Virus record (IMG/VR): IMGVR_UViG_3300029286_000009
Span: 186,001 to 250,000 of that record
DNA: 64,000 nucleotides
Reading direction: 5' to 3' (one strand)
Shown one piece after another: positions 1-9,183 of this stretch. Under the pieces are notes generated by a model. That model had not been told where the DNA came from. It did no database searches and worked only from the letters and a program-made list of their open reading frames with translations. A program made the translations under genes and the position numbers. Positions within the stretch are counted from its first letter, which is position 1. Each line of letters opens with the position of its first letter.

Positions 1-1067
1 CAGAGTATGACGATATGATTATAGAGAAGGGGACGAGAATATATAAATATTCATATATACATATAATACTATGCCCACTGTGTCTTTTATATAGAGAGCA
101 CCCGCACCCTTGTTTCTGACCTTTCGTTTTCATTTTGCCGCGTCTTTTTCGTTTTCTAGTCTTTATAACCCCTTGTTTTCCCTATTTTTTCTATTTAAGG
201 TCTTTTTGTCCCCGCTTTGACTCTATTTCCCATTTTTGTCTTCCCTGTTTTTACCCTTTCTAACCCTAATCTTCCACTTTAACTTTTCTTTGATTCCTTA
301 ATAGTAAAAACTACTTAACTAGCGTTGTACCAAATCGTATTTTTCATGATTTTTTCTGAAAAAGGTATCTCACTAATATCACTCATCTTCCTTTTTAAGG
401 GTGTCCCGATTTCCCATCCTGACAAAAAATACCTATTTTCACTTATGCGTAATTATTAAAGTAGTCATACGTGAGTATTTGTATATAAACATGCAAATAT
501 ACAAACAATTACTACACACAGTGACACCCTGCCCGCAATTAGCACATTTAACTACGCAACTATATACTATGAAACTGTGGCTGTTGTCTGGATCAGCCTG
601 AACTAAATACCAGTAGGTTGTATTTAATTTGGTTATGTTCTTTTTATTCTCTTGCGAAAGTTGAGGTGACTCCGATGCAAGAGCAACTACACTCAAGTGT
701 TCGAGGGTGTATAAACAGAGAGACGCCAGGCGTTGTTTCCTGTACCCAATAAACAATATGTTACCTGTGCATATAAACACTAGGTGGTATTAGACTCTCA
801 TATAACTCATAACATGGTCAGGGCAGACCTTTAATCCTCTTCGCCGAGGGTATCGTTAAGGGATATAAGATGAGTAAGAATACAAGGACAACGATTTTTT
901 CAAAAACAAATGAATATGTCTTCATTAAAGCTTTTCCCGCGATCTGCCAGTAAAAGGAGCTTGTCTAACTCAGAAAGAGGCGATCGGGAGATTGCTTTAG
1001 CTTTGTACAGCGCCCGCCAAAATTTTCTTTTATACACGCCTGCGTATAATTATATTTATAGTATAAT

Positions 1068-1210
1068 GGAGAGGGAACAAAGGATACCTGTTTACCGTAG
1101 TAGGCGGTACATAAGCTATACAGGTATCATCACCCTCTCCTATAGTAGCTGATAAAACCCGGCTCCCATCGGAGTTCCTCCTAGCTTCAAGGGCTCTGGG
1201 TTTTTCTTTC
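1068..1210 (+). ncRNA. Candidate small structured RNA
   Basis: Nested stems GGAGAGGG/CCCTCTCC, GATACCTGT/ACAGGTATC and TACCG/CGGTA, then a terminator-like stem with a T-run. Confidence 0.4.
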
Positions 1211-1779
1211 TTTGGGTGTGCTAATAGTTACACCCTGCGGTGCGGGATGCCTAAGGTGTGATGGCCCCGCAATCAAGACATATGCACCAGGAAAAGAAGT
1301 GGCTACCTTTCTCGGGGGGAGACCATTTCTTTTCTTGTACCTTTCTTTTCTTACCCACTAACCCAGTTAGTTTGAAGGGGTTATTACAATTATGCACGCG
1401 TGTTTATACTTATAGTAGAATAGAGGCATATCAAATTTTACTGGTGTGTCTCAATTTATACTTGGCAGTAGGAGGTTAAACTGCCAGAAGCTCGTCCCTC
1501 GTATTGTGCGGGGCTGAACGAGTGCAATTGTAAACATGATTTTCTTCTTTGGAAGGAGAAGGGAATGATTATCAGAGTTTACCCGGATGGCACGATCGAT
1601 CGTGTTATTGCGGTAGTGCGGCACTAGATGCCGCGGGGGAGTAGAAAGCACTCCCTGGCAACAGAAACAAAGGCTTTCATTATACCCGCGTGCAATTGTG
1701 TGGGTATAATATATGTAATAATTAATAGGAGAGAGACCCGCCATATAAAGGGGTTCAACGTCTTTTGTAGGAGGTTGTC

Positions 1780-2007
1780 ATGAAGGCTTTCACAATCGCT
1801 GGTGCATTGTTGGATCTCGCAATAACAAAATCGTATGCGGCTGTTCAGAGTGAGGTGAGGAACGAACTCACCAACGCGAAAGATTTCGTTGAGAAGATTA
1901 AATACGAACATGCGGTCAGAAAAGAACTGGCTGTAATCAACAGGCAGTCCGAGGAATTGAGGCGGCGACAGGCAGAGTATGCAGTCGCCCGGAAGTATTT
2001 CGGATGA
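1780..2007 (+). CDS. Hypothetical early protein, 75 aa
   Basis: Strong RBS AGGAGG; downstream of the promoter-like motif at about 1680-1720. Confidence 0.7.
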   Translation: MKAFTIAGALLDLAITKSYAAVQSEVRNELTNAKDFVEKIKYEHAVRKELAVINRQSEELRRRQAEYAVARKYFG

Positions 2008-2186
2008 CACGCCGTAACACGAGATGCAAGCCATTTTAGGCTTCTTCTCGCGTCGCGTGTCTTATTCTATTACGCGTAATGTATTATTATATATTATGAG
2101 TAATAGGACAGGACAATGTGCCTGCTCCTACTCCGGGAATTGATCAGCCTGGAGTTTGAATAAACCTGATCAGGAGGGATTGAGAC

Positions 2187-2399
2187 ATGAGAGCATTGGT
2201 CATAATAGGGGTAATTTTGGCGGTAGGTTACTACTTCTGCGTAGTGCCTATGAAGGCCGAGACCCAGGGGCTGAAGGGACAGATATCCCAGAAGATGGAG
2301 CAGATTCAAAGGTCGTCTCAACGAACGACCTGGGATCGACTGGTGCACCCCGGCACCAGCGATTTGGATCGGGTGATCCAGAAGGTGGCTGGCAAGTGA
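2187..2399 (+). CDS. Small membrane-anchored protein, 70 aa
   Basis: RBS GGAGG, N-terminal hydrophobic helix, followed by a terminator. Confidence 0.7.
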   Translation: MRALVIIGVILAVGYYFCVVPMKAETQGLKGQISQKMEQIQRSSQRTTWDRLVHPGTSDLDRVIQKVAGK

Positions 2400-2413
2400 C
2401 CAGCCATATAAAG

Positions 2414-2450
2414 AGAGTCTCCCCCTCGGTATTACGGGGAGGCTCTTTTT
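2414..2450 (+). terminator. Rho-independent terminator
   Basis: AGAGTCTCCCC...GGGGAGGCTCT stem followed by a T-run. Confidence 0.7.
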
Positions 2451-2504
2451 ATACCCGCACATAGTTAGGTTTTTTTGTTACGCGTGCATTATTATATATT
2501 AGGT

Positions 2505-2870
2505 AATAGTGGGAAGAAGGGACTGACGAGTTCTGGAACCCATAGTGCAGTGAGAGCTCATGACTCTTGTTGCACTCCAGGGGTTGACGACCCCGAGTCT
2601 ACTGGACGCCTTTACAAAGGTGCGTGAGAAACACCAATGTGAAGAAGAGGTAGGCGGGCTAGCAACTCAAAGCTAGCTTAAAGAATCTCTCGGATGGCTC
2701 AGCGTGCTTAACATTGTGTGTCGAGAGGCATACAATGGGGATAGGTTTGGTGCCTATTCTTGGAGCAGTGTGAGTGCAGAGAGTTCCTTCTAGAGTGACA
2801 AGTGGGCAGGTATGTCGCACTTACTCTAGGAGGTAGCAAGAAGACTGAGGGGAAACCTAAGGTCTTTTTG
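2505..2870 (+). ncRNA. Candidate multi-hairpin ncRNA of about 365 nt, family not recognised
   Basis: Promoter-like motif upstream; consecutive G-U-containing stems at 2544-2576, 2712-2737 (GAGA loop), 2738-2760 and 2786-2833; terminator at 2841-2869. Confidence 0.5.
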
Positions 2871-3249
2871 TCCCCGAACGGTTAGGAACGTATAAAACTG
2901 GGGGAATGTAGTAAAAATATAGATAGCCCCGCCCCCTTAACCCTTTGAAATCGCTAGACCTTTAGAAGACTAGATGTCCACCCCAAGGCGATATCCGTTC
3001 CGATGCTTTATCTAAGCCTATCTTATTGTTTTTATTCACTATTTTTCCTCTTCCCTTATCGTTGTTTATACATACCCCACTATATTCTCATCCCTGTTTA
3101 TTTATGCTTACTCCGCTGATCGGTTTTCTCTTATAAAACGCCCCTAAAATTTGTCGGGGCTTTCTGTAAAAGTTAAGGATGCTATTATAACATTATAATC
3201 ATGTTTTTGAGCCTACTTATTTAACCATCTAGCTAACTTCTATATAAAA

Positions 3250-4953
3250 TTGTTTACAAAAGGATACCAATTCATGATCACTTATATACCCCCTAGTGAG
3301 ACTGCTGCGCCAGATACTGATAGTCTACCTATTCCGACTGGTGCAGGTCAAATACCAGTATCAAAAGCTGATGGCTCTTACGAAGCTACCGATGCCGGTG
3401 ATATTAAGGTAAACAGTGTTGCGGCTACTGGGGAGTTGTCTTCTGCCTCTGTGGACACCGATGCGTTGTCCCTAAAAAGTGTAGACGAAAAACAACAAGG
3501 CAGTATTACTCCGGAAAGATTTTATGCAGCAGATGAAGATACTGGGTGTTCCTGTGAATTGCATCCGGTTGATGGTCTGACCCTTGCAACTACACTTATA
3601 GAAGGAAATATTGGGGCAGCAGAGTTAGTAATGCTCAGTTCGTTGTCTGATACTATTTTTTCGTCTAAGATGCTGACTGGTAGATTTGAGGTTCTACCGG
3701 CTTTTTATCAAACCGGGTCAACCCCAGGAACTGCTCAACTTAACGGGACCGGTATAGGGATAGGAATGCAATTTATTTGTCCTGCCACTTGTGCTCCTAC
3801 TGCTTTAAGTTTTCATCTCTCAGCTGTTGGATCAGCGGGTACACTAGGAGTAGCAATTTACGATATAACTACAAGCACAAATTTTACCTGCGGAACTACA
3901 GCGAGTATCTCCGCGACTGGGTGGTTCCGTCATACTTTTACAGCGGTCCAACTCTACGAAGGACATCAGTATGAAATACGAGTAACGTGGGTATCCGGCG
4001 ACCTAACTTTGACTCATCATAGAGTCCTACCTGGTCCTGGATGTGGTCATCCTGATTCGTGCACAGGGTTCTCTACGGCTGACAATTGGTCTACGGAAAC
4101 AGCACTCTTAACAGGTTACAGAGAATCTATCCCCAATTTTGTGTTGAATAGTAATGCTGATCATTGTCCCCAACTTGTTTACGGGGGTAACTCCACCGTT
4201 CTACTTCCTGGCTCCGCTGGAGCAACTACAGCTGCGGGGTTATTCCTGGATTGCTCTGCTTTAGTTGCAGGAACACTTTATTATCTCTATGGGTATTCTA
4301 CAGGAGGTGTTTTAGGGGTTGAGGCGTCGACAGTTGCCCCCACGAATTACGCCTTGGGAGATTTCGAGTATAAATCCACGGATTTAACAAGACGGCTCTT
4401 AGGAATGTTGATTCCAGAAGTTCTGATTGGCACAAGTGTTGGTCCCGTAATGGTATCTGACCGGTTATACGTAGCAAACATCAACCCAAAACTTCGTAAA
4501 ATTGGAAAGGTTAATCCTTATACAGTTCCAACAGCAGGAGCCGAAACAGCAGAGCTAATAGGTGCATATTATAGTTCTCCTGCTTCTTGGCGAGCAGATT
4601 CTGACGATTGGAAGGTAGAGGTATTAGTTATGATGCCTTCGCTCCTAGAAGCTAAGTGTTCGGCACAAACCGGTGCTGCCCCAGTAATCGGTATTGCACT
4701 TGATGGCAAGAAATTTAATCCGCAATTTAGTTCAATCGGAGGTGCAGAGTATGGAAATGGCCCATATGGTCATATCGTAGCCAACTTTTCTGCTTCACTT
4801 TCCAGGGGGAATCATTATCTATACCCAATTGCATGGATACGCTCTGACATTGCAGGACAGACTTTAAACTATATATATATGGTGCGGCTGCGGGGGAGAT
4901 TAACTCAATGGCTACTTTCAATGGACAAATTTTGGCATAAGGAACAAAAATGA
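3250..4953 (+). CDS. Fibre / receptor-binding-like virion protein; C-terminus probably frameshifted, start probably ATG 3274
   Basis: Thr/Gly/Ser-rich; C-terminal domain resembles that of 50644..52719; followed by a paralog of the gene that follows that fibre. Confidence 0.65.
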   Translation: MFTKGYQFMITYIPPSETAAPDTDSLPIPTGAGQIPVSKADGSYEATDAGDIKVNSVAATGELSSASVDTDALSLKSVDEKQQGSITPERFYAADEDTGCSCELHPVDGLTLATTLIEGNIGAAELVMLSSLSDTIFSSKMLTGRFEVLPAFYQTGSTPGTAQLNGTGIGIGMQFICPATCAPTALSFHLSAVGSAGTLGVAIYDITTSTNFTCGTTASISATGWFRHTFTAVQLYEGHQYEIRVTWVSGDLTLTHHRVLPGPGCGHPDSCTGFSTADNWSTETALLTGYRESIPNFVLNSNADHCPQLVYGGNSTVLLPGSAGATTAAGLFLDCSALVAGTLYYLYGYSTGGVLGVEASTVAPTNYALGDFEYKSTDLTRRLLGMLIPEVLIGTSVGPVMVSDRLYVANINPKLRKIGKVNPYTVPTAGAETAELIGAYYSSPASWRADSDDWKVEVLVMMPSLLEAKCSAQTGAAPVIGIALDGKKFNPQFSSIGGAEYGNGPYGHIVANFSASLSRGNHYLYPIAWIRSDIAGQTLNYIYMVRLRGRLTQWLLSMDKFWHKEQK

Positions 4954-5339
4954 ATAAATTAACAGATCAATTCTTGGCACTTAATTTTCCGACGATGATC
5001 GGGCTGTATGAAGGTGCCCCGGTTTTCCTTGGCACTCTTACGCCAGAACAAAGCATCATACGAGATGCTATAATCGCAGCCCAAGACAAAACAGGGGCGG
5101 ACTTAGCTATGCTAAAAGCTCTTCTAACCACTGAACAACAAACTTTATATATTGCCGCCCGGAAAATTTCTGTTCAGGCGGAACGACGTAGCCGTTATAC
5201 AGCAGAAACGGATTCACTTAGAGCTGAAATGGATTATGACTATACTGTAGGTTCGGATGAATGGAATGCAGCTTTGGCAGAATGGAAGGGAAAGGTGGAA
5301 ATGATTAAAGCAGAATTACCTTATCCGGCTTTTGAATAA
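4950..5339 (+). CDS. Fibre assembly chaperone-like protein
   Basis: C-terminus RKI.V..ER..RY..ETD..R...DY.YTVGS.EW..AL.EWK.....IK.ELPYP is clearly paralogous to 52712..53170. Confidence 0.65.
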   Translation: MNKLTDQFLALNFPTMIGLYEGAPVFLGTLTPEQSIIRDAIIAAQDKTGADLAMLKALLTTEQQTLYIAARKISVQAERRSRYTAETDSLRAEMDYDYTVGSDEWNAALAEWKGKVEMIKAELPYPAFE

Positions 5340-7893
5340 ATAATGAAACTATATTTTATAACCGAACAGTTCTCCATTGGTCTACATCTGAGAACCCAGA
5401 AGAATTGTCAACTAATTATTCTGCCCACGATGGCAGAACCGGGCGGCATTTTAAGACACATCCCTCTTACAAGGGTACCATAGCGAAGAAAAAGAAAAAG
5501 TCCATGCGCTTTTGACCGTAGACCCCGAAGAGTCATTCAGGTTAGCTGCGTACGAGGCTAGGGCGAACCTAGGCTCTTGTCTCTTCCGACCAATACGACT
5601 GACGTTACCCTTCAGACGGTCGAATGGGGCCAACCCTAATGGGTATGACGCACACGGACTCACTAACAATTCCCCCTTAATTAATACACACCAATCTCCC
5701 CGCAGTGGGACAGCCCCTTTATTTCATTCTCTATTAGAAATAATACTTTAGTTAAACGGGGTTTGTTAAGAGAATAATTCCGTATTATTATTGTTGTTTC
5801 TGTTATCTTAGTTCTTTATACTTTTTTAATTTACATGTTAAACAATTCGCAAACCGCTGCTCTGCTGTGTAACGCCCTAAGGCGTAGTACATATTTTGCA
5901 GCGAAGCACACTCTTTACAGTATTGCTTATTACTTTCGTCTGAATATTCTGTCATTGTATTACTGTTTTTTCCTTCTCATATATTTCCTGCAGAAGCTTC
6001 GTAAACCTAGAGTCATATTTTTCTAGTTCTTTATATATCCACTTTTTATCTTGCAATATCCTTGTTGTTGATTGTATACTCCCGTTCAGATCCACAGTCG
6101 CATAATTTATATGTTGGTAAAAAGGACATTGTTCAACTAAAAAATAACCGGTTTTTATCTTAATGATAGAAATATAACAAGTTGCTTTAAAGGTTCCGAA
6201 ACTAAATGGGGTCATGAAGTGCATTTCTTTACCAGTATCTATATAATATCCCGTATTTCCAACAAATTCTCCTCTTACTTCTACTGGCTTATCTTTATAA
6301 TAGAACGTATATCCGCCTTCTGCTTTTTTAAGTATACCGACTGGTTGTTCTTCCTCTACATATCCAGGTAATAACGAAACAAGTAACACAAAAATTACTA
6401 ACCCGAACACAGCAAGCCCCATTCTTGCAAGCATGGCTAAACCCGGATCCCGTTGTAGCTGTTCCCCGGTTTCATACAGCATCATTACCTCCTTTTTCTT
6501 TTGTAAGGTAACACCCTACCCATTTATCTGCTCTAAGTCCCCCTAGACGATGCTGCAACCTATAGTAATCTACGTCAAGTAGTTCATCTACGTTTTTACT
6601 CTCTTCGCCTTCACACCTATACATGCCGTTTAGTAGTGCCAATGCGTAGGGGTCAAAATATAATAAACCCATTTTGTCTCCTTCTATGCTGTACAAGTGA
6701 TTCCTATTTCTTCCCACCCGAAAGCAGTTAAGCCACATAATAACCAAATAGTTAGTGCAATTGCTCCCCACATTCTACTTTCTCCTTTTCCACACACACT
6801 GGTCTATCCAACATGTGTCTCTATCGCGATTGTCTAAAAGCATTGGTATAAGTAATATAATTGCAATGAGTAGTGTAATAGGACCAAGAGCTATACATAC
6901 AATGGAAATGAGTAGCATTATAAATAAATCTGCCCATTTTACACAGTACAGATCACAAAAGTATATATAATTGCACAATATAGCAGCTAAAATACCTGTT
7001 CCAAACCATATCAGTAACATCATTTTCTTTACTTTTCCTCCACTAAACATTCTGACCTAAGTATATTAAGCACATAATCTATCATATCATATTCACCACG
7101 TGCGTAGCCTGGTGTTAAAGAGCTTGCTCCCACACATGCGTCAGCATAGTGTATCTGTGCTAACTCTTTGGCTGCTTGTAGTTTTGTCCAAGTTGCATCA
7201 TTTCTTTCTCCACAATACTTTATCAAACCACCCCGTCATGAGTGCATAAAAAACTATCCCTATTAGAAGACCTATCGGACCCAAGGGCATGACTAACACA
7301 CCATTAACTGCCCCTAGACCAGTAATTGCACCTTCCATCTTAAGGCATCCGCGTAGTAGCAATAAACCGCCCGCAATACCCATTATTATCCACAAAAATA
7401 TTATCCCTAACATTGTTACCCTCCCATCACTGCATCGTACACAGCGGAGTTAGTGCATGTAACATTCTTACTGTACGCTTTCCATACACTAAACAACTGA
7501 TCGAACACTTTTATTTGTTGCTCAGAGATTACGAAAATCGGGCTTGTCATTTCACCTATACAATTTTGGAATTTATGTTCTAACCACATCCGCCGCCCAA
7601 ATTTATCGTGAGCTAAACTTATATTGTGTCCCATGGGTAAAAATCCATGGATAAATGCGTCTTCTTTCGAAAAAACTCTGTAATAGAGCTCTATCGTTCC
7701 TACCTGTGCTTTTACAATTAGTTTTTCCATAAAGGGGGTCATTTCTTCGTCTGTTCCTACTGGGAAGGTTTTGTCTTCGTGGTATTCTGTTATTAACTTC
7801 ATTTTTCCTCGCACAGTTCATCTTTGGGTAATGGTAACAAAGGTTTATAAGACTCAGTAGGTAATTTCATTGGTTTCTCCTTGTAATTTGTTT

Positions 7894-9183
7894 TTAATCT
7901 AACATACTTACTAGCCCTTTTTCCAGAGCTATTTTTCTGTCTATAACTAAAATACCTGTATCACCCATTTTTTTCACCCGAGATTGTTCTTTAATTGCAA
8001 ACTTGGGTATAAATACTTTTTCCCCGTCCACTTCACATAGTAGTGCCTTATTAACTCCTGTGTCTTGGAGCACTCTTACATTATCAATTGTAGCTACTCC
8101 TGTTACGGTTGGAAGCTTATCTGCGTGCCTAAAAGCGTGGCACGTTGCACATAGTGGACGAAAATCTGTCCACAATTCAAAACCTACTCGATCGTATAGC
8201 ATGTGATGTAGGTGCACTGTAGACAGAGAAATTGGACGCAAACAATCCCAACAGCGATCAAACGGACCAGTAGGAGTAATCATGGCAGCTTTTTTGTTGC
8301 ACCACTCTGGCATCTTACGATATTCTTCATAAGATTTTTTTTCAAATCGTTTTACACCCATCACTTGGTTATTGGCTAGTATCTCGGTTATGTTGGTCTC
8401 TATAAATTTTAACTGCCGCCTAATCACGTCTCTTGAATAAAAGAAATACTTTAACACAATAGCATCAATCCGCATATGAAACTGATGATAATCTACAAAC
8501 ATCTGCATAGCTATCGCAAGTGGAACTGGTAAAGACTTTTTTGCTGGTATACCCCATTGTTTGCGATAATTTTCAAAATCAGTGCTATTACGTAGCTGAA
8601 AAGGAAAGTAAAGCGTTAAGACATCTTTGCTCCACCCTTTCCCTATGTATAAGCTTTTAAACCACTCCTTTGTTAGTGGGGTTACCGCAATTTTAGGTTC
8701 TACATAGTTAGACGCGTAGTTATCCCAACGATACTGAATACGAGGATATACCCATTCAGCTGCTCGTGGATCGTCTGCTATGAGTCCTCGGAGCAGTGTT
8801 ATGTCTTCATGGCATAGTTCTTGTTCTTTATCCCACTTACTCTTAAGCTCATATTTACCGCGAGTCATAACCGCAAATAATACATCTTCTGCCCAATCTC
8901 TAAAGGCTTTGGCTCTATCAGTCTTAGCTAGCATTGCTGCTCTTATGACTCCGTGGTAACTGATTACTCGTAGTTCTTGATTGCCTCCAGGTGTCGTCAT
9001 TTTGACGACCCCCTGTTTAGACTTGAATTCATCGGTATTTCTGTCTATTAAACGGTAAAAATTATGCGTGTTTGAATAACCTAGAGCGGCTGCGATGTGG
9101 GACATAACTGCCCACCGGTTTCCTTCGTGGTCATAAATTTCTATTTCTGTGTTTTCAAATTTTACTAATTCTGTATTATTCAT
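7894..9183 (-). CDS. Bro-N domain protein with C-terminal HNH nuclease
   Basis: N-terminal TPGGNQ...ISYHGV...AKAFRDW (Bro-N); C-terminal CWDC...LHH..Y...LCATCH. Confidence 0.8.
   Translation of the reverse strand: MNNTELVKFENTEIEIYDHEGNRWAVMSHIAAALGYSNTHNFYRLIDRNTDEFKSKQGVVKMTTPGGNQELRVISYHGVIRAAMLAKTDRAKAFRDWAEDVLFAVMTRGKYELKSKWDKEQELCHEDITLLRGLIADDPRAAEWVYPRIQYRWDNYASNYVEPKIAVTPLTKEWFKSLYIGKGWSKDVLTLYFPFQLRNSTDFENYRKQWGIPAKKSLPVPLAIAMQMFVDYHQFHMRIDAIVLKYFFYSRDVIRRQLKFIETNITEILANNQVMGVKRFEKKSYEEYRKMPEWCNKKAAMITPTGPFDRCWDCLRPISLSTVHLHHMLYDRVGFELWTDFRPLCATCHAFRHADKLPTVTGVATIDNVRVLQDTGVNKALLCEVDGEKVFIPKFAIKEQSRVKKMGDTGILVIDRKIALEKGLVSMLD

Larger units (their letters stand above)
1030..2510 (+). 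promoter_or_regulatory. Five related promoter/operator-like motifs (about 1030-1067, 1390-1421, 1680-1720, 2068-2100, 2447-2510)
   Basis: Each has a TTATAC(A/C)CGC or ACGCGT core followed by a TATAAT/TATTAT/TATACT AT-rich box, upstream of a short ORF or structured segment; the 1680 copy is an inverted repeat TTATACCC...GGGTATAA. Confidence 0.55.

Noticed and set aside
401-1744. ORFs called at 401, 439, 910, 1258, 1451 and 1624
   Set aside because: No RBS or protein-like composition; they overlap promoter motifs and hairpins
2523-2635. Hammerhead ribozyme (CTGACGAG core)
   Set aside because: No correctly placed stem II-GAAA or stem I/III pairing found
3250-4953. Diversity-generating retroelement target
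   Set aside because: No reverse transcriptase and no near-identical template repeat visible in the window
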